Source: Callorhinchus milii (lineage: Eukaryota). Taken from it: 64,000 nt of DNA. Where the stretch lies: positions 1,054,001-1,118,000 of the forward strand of contig NW_024704742.1 in the NCBI RefSeq assembly GCF_018977255.1. Direction: 5' to 3'. Position 1 is the stretch's first letter; each line of letters begins with the position of its first letter. This document shows positions 1 to 12,290 of the stretch, piece by piece. Both the position numbers and the translations under genes were made by a program. The notes beneath the pieces were generated by a model that worked only from the letters and a program-made list of their open reading frames with translations, was not told the DNA's origin and did not search any database.

Positions 1-138
1 CATTGTCAAGAGTTCCCTCTTTTAGCTGAAACTTCAATGCGAGAGCCTATCTGCTTGTTAAGATGGGCGTTAACACCATTTGAAAAGGAAATCAGACATG
101 GATTCCGGATCTCTCTCTTTGGAACATGTTTCATTGCA

Positions 139-252
139 TCAAGTGCAATTGGAGCAGTTCAAGATATCCTGTATCTGAAGGATATCTTGAACTTGAAGAT
201 ATCCATCTGAAGCCAGTTTTCTAAGGCAAGTCACAATGTTTGACTTGCACTC
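139..252 (-). CDS. Candidate terminal exon, product unidentified
   Basis: Acceptor gcttctttttcctttag| followed by ECKSNIVTCLRKLASDGYLQVQDILQIQDILNCSNCT*. It lies next to an L1 relic, so it may be fortuitous. Confidence 0.2.
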   Translation of the reverse strand, partial: ECKSNIVTCLRKLASDGYLQVQDILQIQDILNCSNCT

Positions 253-329
253 CTAAAGGAAAAAGAAGCTTTTGTCCTTTACTTCTGCTGACATACTACA
301 CAAATCAATTTATGAAACAAGATTCTACC

Positions 330-1010
330 TTTGATATTTAAGTGAGTATTAATCCCCAGAAATCACAGGAACCTTCATTAATGCCTCTGACTCTGCTGGC
401 AATCGTGATCAGACAGCCCAAAGCTTCATAAAACACATTGTACTTTTCTCAAATGTTAAAATAGAGCTTGTCCACATCCACCTCTTTGTCCACATTAATC
501 TGATCCTCAAGATCGATGTTTCAGATACCTGAATTAACCTGTTCCTGATCTCTACAGAGATTAACCTGTTCCTTGATCACTGATTTGTGAATTAAGAAGT
601 TTTTAAGAAATCCCGTATCTACAAGGTCCATTTCTTCTGAAACATCGCTCGACAATCCTGAGAAGCTTTCAATTGGACCAGTTGTCTTATCCTTCAAAGA
701 TCCAATCCATAATAGATTTTAAATCTCCATTGACAACCAAGGGGGCTTTCAGTTCCTGGAACAAGACCAAACATTTGCACTGAAAACTAAGGGTCAGTGT
801 GTACACTTGGTACAGAGACATCAATCAGATCAAACATTTCTACGTCCAGTTTAACTGTGGTGACCACAAATCTGCCCTCAGGATTCCTCCATCAGGAGAT
901 TATTGTAAAATTGAATACTTTTCTGCAAAAAAAATCCCTTTGGTCTTTGAGGTACATCTGAACACCAGTATTCTGCATACCCATCCTCCTTTCAGCTTCC
1001 AAACCCCCTG
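330..1010 (-). mobile_element. Decayed L1/Tx1-type LINE ORF2 endonuclease fragment
   Basis: Broken minus-strand frames give NPEGRFVVTTVKLDVEMFDLIDVSVP, LVVNGDLKSIMD and EMDLVDTG. These resemble the L1 APE motifs DPEGR.i.v..l......liNiYaP, iigGDFN and lDLiDiwR. Confidence 0.55.
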
Positions 1011-1361
1011 AGGATAACATGTCAGATATTTAAGTATTTATAGAATTATTAACACCCAGATGTTTTAAAAAAGGATTCTATGTGGCTTGGTAGCATATGT
1101 TGTACCAAAGTAGAACGCACACACAAATAATAATTCCTTCATTACCATACCTGTCAGCACTGATATTTAATTCAGATTTATTATTTGGTTTTAGGGAAGT
1201 AGTTTCAAATCAAAGTTTACAACACTTTTCTCCCTTATACCCCACAACCATCCAAAGTGCAGAAATACTGTGATGAAAGAAAGTAAACTCTACTAGTAGA
1301 ATCTAAGGAAAAAATTGTATGGATAATTCAGAAAACATTCAGCAGCTGTAGCAATACTACT

Positions 1362-1605
1362 ACTAACCCTTGCATTTGATATAGCACCTTATTACATTGT
1401 TCAGACGTCTCAAAAAGCTTAACAAAAGATATTGGAAAGTCAATTGACTGTACATTTTGTGGGTGAATCTGGGCAGACAATTGCGCACAGCAGCATCCCA
1501 CAAACAGTCGTGGATTGAGTGACCAAAAACTTGCTTAAGGTTTTCCCTTGCCTGAGAATCAAACCCGGGTCCTCTCGCTTTCATAGTCATGTGCGCTGAG
1601 TACCA
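1362..1605 (-). mobile_element. tRNA-derived SINE, internally deleted
   Basis: ccttgcatttgatatagcaccttat...cccacaaacagtcgtggattgagtgacc...gaatcaaacccgggtcctctcgc. Confidence 0.8.
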
Positions 1606-3079
1606 CCAGAAAGCAATGGGTAGTATTGGTGCACAAAATATAATCTCCATGTAGGTTCTTGTTGTCTTTGATTTCAAATGGGGAAGAAAGGCTTCCCATC
1701 CCATAATGGTACGTGGAACGTGGATCGCGATCTGTCCAGTGAGGGATCTGTCCGTTCCCTCAACGCCACGTTTGTTAGTGGTACACGAAGAACCTATGAT
1801 GCTCAACCTCAACATAACAGAGAGGTTAAAGCAACTGTTTGGGACTAGGTTTATAGTGCTGCCCAACTATATTGCTTTCAGTCATTCCTCTCCCTTCCTT
1901 CAGCTTTGACAGTTGCTCCTGACTATCTTTACAGCAGTAGTTTTAATTTAGCAGCCCATTGAATATTTAGTGAATTGAGTGAATCTGGGTTGCGAGAGCA
2001 GTGCTCCCCTTCCTCCGTTAATGGTTACTGTTTAGCTAAAGGCTGATATCTCACGAACAAGGAATTGAAAACCACGCTCTATTTTTTTTCAAAAGAGCCC
2101 ACAGAGGATTGTGAGAACGTGAGCTGTCTAACCACAAATTGTTGTCAAAGCAGAGTCCAGAACAGGATTCCTAAGGGAATTGGATCCAATCGGAATTGGA
2201 TTATAAGGAAAAATATTAAAGTCTACATTGATATCTTTCATCTTTCACATCGGGAGGACGTCTGAAAGCTCCTGACTGGGAGCTGGAGGGCAGTGGGAGG
2301 GTAAGAAGACTGAAAGTTGGTGGAAAAGGTAAGGTGATGTTACGGGAATGTGCTGGGGAATGGGATGAGATGTCTCCAGTGCAGATGGTAGTGCTAGCTC
2401 AGACATCATGGGCAGAATGGACTCGTTCTGTGCGGTAAACCATCTTTGATTCTATAATTAAACAAAAACAAAGACTCACCCTTCACAATAGCCCGCACGT
2501 CACAGAAAGAGAAAAGAGCAATGACTCATTTTATATATTAGGCAACGGAAGCAATCCGTTGTATGGCTAACAATGCAACAAAGATCAAACAGAGAGTCTC
2601 AATGAAGCGGAACAAATACTTAAAGAAAACAATATTCTAGAATATACAACCCTCCTGTAAGAAAATGTTCAGCAGGAAAAAACTGACATCCGCTTTAAAC
2701 GACATCAAACCACTCCACACAACATAAAGGCACAGAAAGTCTATTTTTCAATAAATGAAGGGCAGCTAAAGTTTACATTGATATCTTTCATCTTTCACAT
2801 CGGGAGGATGTCCGGTATAGGCTTGACACAAAACCCGACCCAGCCTCACCTCTCTCATTGATCAATCAAAGCGATAATACACAAAACACCCATCTTTTTG
2901 TTGATGAATAGCCACTATCAGCACAATTGCCCAGCAGCTACAATGTTTGGATCCCAAATTCCACCTAGTCCTAACCTTCGAGACCAGTTTTTTTTGTACA
3001 AGGCTTCTGCTTCGAGGGTTTGTCAGTTCACATCTGTTGGCCAATTTGTAAAGGACAACTTTACCTTTTCTCGTCCTTC

Positions 3080-3440
3080 TTAACTCTGCATGCCAAAGCC
3101 CTGACACGCAGTGTGGTCCTAGTTGGATAAGCAGGAGGAAGATTGTCAGACGGTGTTTTCACCGGCAACCAGTGTAGTTTTAACTGATTAAACGCTAGCT
3201 GTGCCCCAATAAACACACTTGGGATTCCAAGCCTTGGGTCTCACCAACCCGCTCCTAATACTCTCCAGAATTAAGGAACTACGATGCATCCCTATGGGGA
3301 GATAATGCCCATTCCATTCCAGTTACAGGAAAATGTCCACCTGTGGGTCACCGACAAACACCGACAAACAAGGAACTCTGTCTGGTTTGGATACTCTTAA
3401 GCACGGTGACGGGTTTCCGCATGTGTCAGACTCCGGATCC
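3080..3440. repeat. Unclassified interspersed repeat, copy 1
   Basis: Colinear similarity to 60950-61285, e.g. ttggatac[t/c]cttaagcacggtga[c/t]gggtttccgcatgtgtcagac. Confidence 0.7.
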
Positions 3441-6400
3441 CCCAAAAATGCTTGTTTTAATGAATCTCTGAAAAAATAATGAATGCGTTAGGCCAGATCT
3501 TAAAACTTACGCTGCTATGGAGCAGGTTAAGCAATAAGAGTAATAACAGAGCCTGGACAATAGAATATCTTGAATTGATCTTGCGTCCCCAATTGATTAT
3601 TCTCACCCTGGAGCTCTGAGCACAGGAAGGAACCATTCATTCTCTTTCTTGCTTTACTTGTGCTGGCTGACAATCCCCTAAATAAAAAATGGTCATTCAC
3701 TTTGTAGGTTTCCGTGAGACATTAACGTATGGGAATTGGCTGCCAAGTTTGCCGGCAAAATACACAGCCTGCTACACTCTATTTGAGAATAATCCCGTGA
3801 GGCCCTTTGAGATGTCCTCCTGATGTGAACCATTCGGTATAAAATGCAAATATTGCGTTGCCCTCCTTCAGATGAGCCATTTAACCACGGCTCCATCTGC
3901 TTAGGTGGATGTTAAAGATCTCACGGCACCTTTTGAAAAGAGACATGGGTTGCTTCCATTGTCCTGGCCAACAATTCCCCCAAATAAAATCCGTCACTCA
4001 GGCCATGGCTATTTGTGGGACAATGCGGTGTGCAAATTGACTGCCACGTCCACCCCGTCACTGTCACTGAACTTTACAGTATATCATGCGAAACAACACA
4101 ATGCAACATCACATTTGTTTAGCGCCTTTCACGTCGGGTGCTTTGAGATGCCCACACTGTGGGCTGCACTATGGAGCATCAAAGCTGTGAGACCTGTTCT
4201 ACAACTTTGCGTGACAGCTTGTGTACAGTACTACATGACCAGCCTCGGTCTACTTTTTGTTTCACAGTTTCTGTTTGCGGTTTGTATGGGTTAATTCTTG
4301 CTGACTACTGCGTGGAGTGATATCAGTCCGTATGTAATACAAGTGCTCTGACAGAAATCAATTTCAAGTCCAGTGCATCACGTGGCCTTTCAAGGATTTT
4401 ATATTGTGTCGGTTGGGGTGATATCAAGTCGCACGCTACTTTGTATTCATCATTAAACAATAATAAATGAAGGATAAAGCCAATTCAGAATACGGCACAG
4501 GATAGCAAAGCACAAAGGGTTTCTTTCACTCCAGGCCATGCAATTTCAATGACGTTATAATGCTAAAAGAATTAAAAGCTTCCCTCTAAGTCTGTTTTCC
4601 AGCTAACACAGTAGCCACTTTTAAGTCTCTGTTCTGTCCATCTTATGTGTAAATAAAGTATGAAAACATGAAAGAGAAAGGCTTATGGGCAGCACTGCGT
4701 CCCCAACACCTTAGGCCACAAAATAATTTCCGGCTTTGTTTACTTGTCAACTACTGAGGAATGAGGAATGCTGCTGTTTCCTCATGAGCCCAGATGGTTG
4801 CCTTTATGTTTTATTCAATGGAGATGATATCATGTCTAGGCCTTCTTAATGCTTCAAGGGACCCAATACTTTTTTCAGGGGGAGGGCGACAACAGAGTGG
4901 ACAATTCTGTATTTTTTTAATGCAAACTTTAAGTGGATACCTTTCTGAAAAGAAATATAGCTTCCAGCAGTGCAAAATAGGTCAATCTATTGCCTTCCCT
5001 CAATAGAGTAAATATTAATTGATTTTCATTGTACTCCAATCCCATTCCCTGCTCTTTTTCTGTACCCTTTCATAGTTCCTTCAATTATTGACCTAGTTCC
5101 CTTATAAATGGTGTTACCTCCTTTGCTTCAGGAGCTATTTGTTAAACTTTCTGTAAATATAAATACAAACACAATAATGACAGCCTGCAGCCACACTCCC
5201 AATGTGGTTCCAACTATGTGAACTCTAGCAAGATGGTATGGCGGCAGAGTAAAGGAAAGCCAGCCCCTGTGTAACACTCGGAGCTGACAGTGTCTCAGAA
5301 TTAAAATTTGTGCTTTAATATTTTGGGGGTCTAATTTGCAATCACAAAGGGATTTGGAATTAGTTATTCCTGCACGTATCAAAGACAAACTCAGCGCCTT
5401 GGGACGTCCACCCGAACGTGAACTACACATGTAATTTTGTGAAAATGTTTGTATTGACTCGCTGGACCTCTACTCTGATATTGATCGGCCAGGCAGCAGG
5501 AACCTCGTCTGGTTGCGATACGGATTTGCTGCTTATCAATCACTGGTTATGAAACAGTTTACAAATCTTGAAACCTAAGCCCTGTCGTAAATGCACATTT
5601 TTAAGCAACATCAAGCATCGAATAGCAAGCATATCGCCAGTAATACCTTATCAGTTTGATTCAGTTGGAGGCATGCTTCTCACCGCTGGGTGAGAGGGTT
5701 TGGATTCAAGCCCCTAACAGTGCAATGCAGTGTTGGTTGGTGCTGAATTGTCTACAGTGCCATCCTCTGGATAAGAATTAAACCAAGCTCCCGGCACACA
5801 TAGAAAGAGAAGAGAATCTCTCCTGATGTCTTGGCCAATGATCCTCCAGATAAATTTGATGCTCAGTTTCGTGGCTGTTTTGGGGACCTGCCTTGCGCAA
5901 ATTGTCTGTTAGTCTGCCTACAGATACACAATCACTCCACTTGACAGCAATTACCCATGAAATAAATACTTGAAGATGTTAATATCGTAGCATTTTACAA
6001 TGTCCCGAATCCGGCAAACCATTGAATTCAGCCTCAGTAAATCTGAAGTCATTTTTCAGTCCAATTCTCACTGAAAGCCTGCTTCAAATATAAGACTTTA
6101 TTTAAGGATTTGTCAAATTCTGGGCATACTAAAGTGCTACTTTAATACGGCAAATAGAAGTCCAAGTGGAATTTCTCCCAATTTAACGTGGGAAGGCATG
6201 TGTGTGTTGAGTGGCAACACTAAGTTTAGTACGTGAAGCCTCAAAAAAAAGGATGATAATCCATCAGCCGCTGAATTAAACCTGCATGGAAACTATTCTC
6301 TTATTGTACCCACTGCTTTGTAATAATAATAATCTTTACATTTGGTGTAGTGCTGTTTACATTGGGAGAATGTCCCAAAGCACTTCATGGGTATATGCTG

Positions 6401-7416
6401 TGTGTTTTGTGGGTGAATGTGGCAGCGGATATCAGTGTCCCACAAACAACAACAAGATTACATTTGTACAGCGCCTTTCACGTCGGGAGGACATCTCAAG
6501 GCGCTGGAGCCGTGACGTGAAAGCCTACATGGAAATTATTCTCTTTTAGTACCTGCAGCTTTGTAAATGTGCACTCTACAATTCCAATTCAGATCCAATG
6601 GAGTATTTTCTTTGTAAGTTAAATAAGTTAAATAGGAATAACCCTGTGCTTTCTGGCAGCAAGTTGCAGATGACGTCTTATAAGGAAGTAGGATGTTTTA
6701 TTCAGTGTTTGGATCTCTATCGCAGAGTCCCATTGAAGTTCTGCTCAATGGAATCTAATTTTCAGATATGTAAGTAGTACGTGTTTTTTGCAAAAGGCAA
6801 TGGTGATTGTCACCATACCATAAAGTTAATCTGAGGATTAGCTGTAAACACTAAAAATAAAGACAGCACTGTATTTTCCCTGCCCTGTGGGTATTTTCTT
6901 ATCAAAGGATGTGGACATGTTTGAGGTCAAAAGAAGATTGCTGATCTGGAAATAACAAGACATTCCAGAAAGACTCAGCTGTCACCCCCAGCCTCCCACC
7001 TGCTGTCCTTGTTTATGCTGCACTGGTGAAAGGAAACATAAATACAGATTATTTTAAAATATTATTGCAACTTCAGGGCATAATCATTATGTTTGACGGT
7101 TGCAAAATGCTATTATTTAGACTGAGGTTCAGGGCCTTGCATTTACCCCCTCGCAGCAAATCCCCTGACAGAACGTAGAAATGCAACACGTTATTACGCT
7201 GGTCCAGTCATAGACCCTGCCCCTGACCAAGGCTTCCCACCTCAGGGTTCTGTCATCCTTTGCAGGGGGCAGTTACAAGGTGGGTCCGCTTTCTACTGCC
7301 TCCCTATTGTCCCCCACCCCCCCGAAACAGCACTGAAGCTTTGAACATTGGCCTGCGGGCCTTTAGCAGGTGGTCCTAGGCATCTCTTCTTGACCACTGT
7401 TGCACTGCACACATCT

Positions 7417-7710
7417 CACAACAACAACTTGAATTCACATATCGCCCTCCGCACAGGGCAGAGTCCCACAGCGCTTGACAGTGGGGGGAGCATGACGCTG
7501 AGCCTGGGGGAGGTGACTGTAGGTACGGTCGAATAGGAGGGTCTTCAGGCGCGATCCTAAGATGGGGAAGGAAGGGACAAGGCGGAGGGATGGTGAAAGA
7601 GTGTTCCAAAGTTTGGGGCATAGTGGCTGAAACCGCGACCAGCCACGGTGAAACAGAGGGTACGAGGGATATGAAGAAGGCCGGAGTCAGTCGAGTGGAG
7701 GCAGCAGGGT
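7417..7710 (-). mobile_element. L2 3' fragment
   Basis: acaacaacaacttg tail plus purine-rich 3' UTR similar to the other L2 copies. Confidence 0.7.
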
Positions 7711-7933
7711 TGTGTGTTGGTGAGTAAAATGGTCACGTGCTCACAGATCATGTACTCGCATCCTCTGATAAATCCGAAGTGTGGTATTGGTGTTACGGTG
7801 TTTATTGGAAAGCGCAAACTACACACAGCTCTTGAGAGTTCGATGGAGAAATGTGGACCAAACTGTCCAAAAGCCGGTACACTAATCCAGTTTCAGAAAT
7901 ATAAAAACACGGTCGTGCCTGTAAGCGCTCTGA

Positions 7934-7951
7934 GATGCCACCTGGCGTGGA
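7934..7951 (-). promoter_or_regulatory. Candidate CTCF site
   Basis: Minus strand tccaCGCCAGGTGGCATct. Confidence 0.4.
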
Positions 7952-8954
7952 GGGGGCTATAGAAGTGCAAGTTGTTGCTGCATGTAATTGTTTCTGACGC
8001 AGTCTTTCCAACTACTCTGCTTCCTCATCAATTGTGATGGTTCAGTTTATTGTAACCATGGATTCCCCAACCCCCAGCAATTTTCCATTTGGAACTGCTG
8101 TGAACTACTGCTTTACTCACACCACTTTTCCGGGTTTCTCGCATCCTGACGTGCGGGCACCGCCAGGCGAGGTCCTGCCTGAGAGATTGGCTCAGCAGCT
8201 GCCTTCACAACGAGGCCGAGAGTCCGAGAAGAGCCACAGACGTACTCTCGCTTTCACGCGATGCCAATCACGATCGTAACTCGCGGCCTTGAGCGATTTG
8301 TGGTTCCAGTGGAGTTCAAAATGATTCTGGTAATGCATCCCCGATGAATCAATATAATGCAGTCCCTTCACTTTCCTCGGAGAGATGATTAAACACTCTC
8401 TCTGCTTTCCCACAAAGCCTTGTAGCCACAATTGTCCTTCGACTATGAGACACGAATGTGCCCTTGACTGTCTGGTTTCAGCGAAGGGCCCAACAGTCAT
8501 CCATCCTCGCCTCTTGTTTATTACACTGGTGCACAGGTGCAGCAGGTCTAGAACCATTTCGGCAACAGATGTAAAACGATTCCCTGTCACTCTACACAAT
8601 GGCTCAGGTCTCCCCAATACGGGGAATGTACCTTTATTGTATCCAGTGAACACCCCCCACAACCGCCCCCCCACCCACCAGCCCCCCCACATCCCCCCGC
8701 CCCCCGCCCCACCTCAGTTGTACCCTTTGCCAATTGCAGTCCTGACTCAGGTCAAGGCCAAGTGAATATAAATCGAAAGCACGGACATTTTACCAGTAAT
8801 TAGCCATTACAAAACTATTAATCGCCACTTAGCGCTGTTAACACATAGAAATACCGAACTTCCGCTCAACCTGCTCTGTAAGCCAAATGACTGCTTAGAT
8901 TTTCCACTCCGTTAACCCTTTCACTGACGCACTTCAACATGTACACTCCTTTGA

Positions 8955-9581
8955 CAAAACAAATTGCTTTTATACAGCACGTTTCACATCAGGAGAACGT
9001 CCCAAGCTGCTGGGCAGTCCAGGGCTTGCACCTGAGCTGGGGTTTGGAATCGAGGGGGGTGGAAGGCGAGGGAGGTGAGGGTGAGGGGATGACTGAAGGC
9101 ACGTCAAAGAGTAAGGTCTTGAGATGGGGCTTGAAGGAAGCAAGGGAAGGGGGCGAGGTGATGGGATGGTCCAGAGGATGCGTGCAGAACGGCTGAATGT
9201 CCGACCATCAAGAGTGGGGCAGGTAGGGTGAGGGACATGGAGCAGGCTAATGCTTGCCAAGTAGAGGGAGCAGACAGGTTGGTAAAGATATAATGGATTG
9301 CAGACAAAGGGGAGAGCAAGACTGTGGAGGGGCTTCCAAGGTGAGAACAAGGATCTTGACCTCGATCCTCTGGGGGACAGGGAGCCAGTGAAGCTGGTGG
9401 TGATCAGTTCATGGAGCCTAGTGTGGGAGAGGACATGAGCTGCAGAGCTCTGAGTAATCATGCAGCTTGTGCAGGGAAGAGTTGGGAAGTCTGTCAAGCA
9501 GGGAGTTAGTATAGATGAGCCTGGATGTAATGAAAGCCTGGATGGGGGTCTCAGCAGCCTGAGGGGAGAGGCAATGGCGAA
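8955..9581 (-). mobile_element. 5'-truncated L2 LINE
   Basis: RHCLSPQAAETPIQAFITSRLIYTNSLL..LPNSSLHKL; homologous to 21640-22322 in reverse orientation. Confidence 0.88.
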
Positions 9582-9872
9582 ATGTTGGGCAAGTTTCCTT
9601 ACTCCACACGCCTCTGTTTACCGAGCATAAATAGGGACCTGATTGTTAGTCGATGGGCGGATCGCTTTCGGGGGATAATAAACCCTTCACAAAATAATAA
9701 TAATTTGGTCACTCAATCCAAACCGTTTGTGGACACTCCGCCGTGCGCAATCGACTGTCACGTTTCGCTCGCAAAACATACCGTCGATTCACTGTACAGT
9801 ATATTCTGTGAAGCGGAATTTGAGGCATCTCGACAACGTGACAAGGCGCCGATTCACACACCCGGATTATTG
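9576..9872 (+). mobile_element. 5'-truncated tRNA-derived SINE
   Basis: ggcaagtttccttactccacacgcctctg... through to the tail. Confidence 0.85.
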
Positions 9873-12111
9873 TTAGTGTTGACTGTTTATAAACGAGGAC
9901 AGAGATTATTATAAAATGGACATTCTGATTTTCACATTTCCAAAATATGCTGCCGGAGAATCTCAGGGAGCCTTCCTTGGTGGCCTTGTTGATCGCCCCC
10001 CCCTTTTGTTTGCTTGCTGTGTTGCACTCTCCCGCAGTCAGGTGTCAGGAGATCCCTGGTTTACTTGGCAGACATAGACAGCCTGTCATAAAGCCTTTCC
10101 CACCACACCTCCCCCCCCCCTCCTCGATTATAAGAGCATCCGTAACGCAGTGCATAGCGGTGCATTTGTAATTGTTCAGCAGCACAAAGCTGAATGTGTT
10201 GCTCGTTGATCGCAGCGTGCTTTTAAAAAGACACCGGGCCTTTGCATTATTTAAAAAAGAGTGATTCCCCCCCACCGCCCCAAACCTTTACAAATTGCTT
10301 TATTGGCGCAAAACGAGACTCGATAAATCACCTGAAAACGAATGGCTTGTGGGGGGGGGTGGGGCGAGGGGATTGTCATGATAAAACCACAAGTCACTTC
10401 ACGTCTCCTCCCTCTCCCAATAAAATTTTTTAAAAACGCCAAACTTTTCTTTCTTTCCCCTCCCAATGAAGAAGCTGCCCCTTTAATTGACAAAAGGCCT
10501 CCACAGTGACTTGTGTTCTTGTGTTTCCTCCTCAGTTGCTGGGAGCAATGCCTGTGGGATGCACAGTTACTCCAGACCTCCTGTCGTCAATTTTTTTAAT
10601 ATATGTTTAGAAAGAAAACGAGCTTTGAGATGAAACCGAACGTGATAAGTGAGAGGAGGGGGTCTCATTTTTCAAATTAAAAAGGTGTTTCGACTTCCAA
10701 GCCCCTCTCCCTGACTATACTCCTCCACAACACCTTCCACAATTTGTCAAAAAATCTCATTTGGGCTCCAATTCCCAATCCTAGTTATATCCTCTCATGA
10801 TAATGACCATGAAAGCCATCCTCCCCCCAGTCCCAGCCCCCCCTCCCACCACCACCCCTTGAGTCATTGTTTGAGGTCAGACTCCAGCTCCCTCTTTGAA
10901 CTTAATATACATAGAGGATTCTTTCAGAATCGGCCAGATTGTTTCCTAGCAGCAATCTTTGCCTCCTTTTATCTCCCCCCACACCCCCCCACACACCCCC
11001 CACCCCTTTTTTTTTCTTTTCTGGAACTGTTTATCCTTCACTGAGCACTGTCACTCGGAGGTCAGTACCACAGCTGCTGAACCTATTGATGGTCCCCTTT
11101 ACAAAACCAGATTTCCACAACGGAAGCTGCCCAACATGTACATATAATGCTTCAAGGCCAAATTCTGTGGCAGCAAATTAAAAAGCCAGCATGTCGTCCC
11201 GTCCCCCCCCCCGTCCCCACCCAGCCTACTTTTGATGAATTTCCAGTGCTATAGAGAGTATCAAAGCCACCCTGCCTTCCCTTTTCTGACATGTGCCCCC
11301 GCTTTCAAGGTATTTTACGTGAAAGTAGCTAAAGCCACTTTTATTAGCTGGTGAATCATTTTAATGTGTATCACTGCTTTCACTCATTTGTGCTCCCTGG
11401 GCTACTGAGTCTACTGCAGCTCGCAGAGCATGGTCTCCTTTTGAGCCGGGTTTGAAAGGGCTCACTAATCAAACTGCATTTCTATACGTTGTTGTGACAT
11501 ATAAAAATGTTGTGCCTCTTCTGCAGCAATGACGTTTTACTGAAAAGTTGAATCACCAGACCAGAAAAAAAAACACGGCTATTTTTCTTGCTTTTAAATG
11601 TCTCTCAACTTGGAATTCTACAAATGGCTGAAGTTGAAAATAAATTGCACGTGGCCGAACAGACGCTGGGGAAGGCAAAGAGCATCGGAGCAAAAAAGAT
11701 ATTCATCTTTTTCACTTATCCCTCAGTATTAGTGACTTTCCTCTTGCTTTTTGGAAGAGTAGGGGTTGTAGATCTCTACTATTTCGCCCACAAAACACAC
11801 AGTCAATTCACTTTACAGGATATTCTGGGAAGCGCTTTGAGACGTCTCGAAGATGTGACAAGGCTCTATACTTAATGCAAGGATTATTATTATTATTATT
11901 ATTATTATGGTTAGGAAACAAGCCTCCAGGGTAGGGTGTACTGTACATGTGGTGAAGGAGAAATGGTCATCTGATTTCTGATTAAAATTCCAACTTGAAC
12001 TAAAATTCTCATTGCGTCAATTCAATAAACACTAAATTGTTCCAATTTGCACACGTTGGAATTGAAGTGTCCAGCGCCTTTTTTTTGGGACACAATTGGC
12101 CCAATGTCACA

Positions 12112-12290
12112 ATTATAATTATAATAATAATAATAGTCTGTGCTTTTGATTTGGTGCTTTATCACGTTGTCGAGACGTCTCAAAGTACTTCACAAAATAT
12201 ATTGTAAAGTGGATTTTGTGGGCGAAGTGCAGTGGCTATTTACGCACAGCAGTGTCCCACAAACAGCCACGAAGTGAGTGATCAATTTTT
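12112..12290 (-). mobile_element. SINE 3' half
   Basis: Family tail and core match. Similar partial copies lie near 11780-11907, 16517-16760, 18421-18590, 20708-20830, 22450-22565, 26390-26560, 30765-30975, 31510-31625, 32930-33095, 45295-45550, 47050-47200, 48560-48750, 52990-53085 and 56785-56882. Confidence 0.8.

Noticed and set aside
1151-1302. Exon-like segment with a good acceptor and donor on the minus strand
   Set aside because: There are stops in all three frames.
8192-8692. 166-aa minus-strand ORF
   Set aside because: It starts in a G-tract, the only phase-compatible acceptor is a weak GAG, and no family is recognised.
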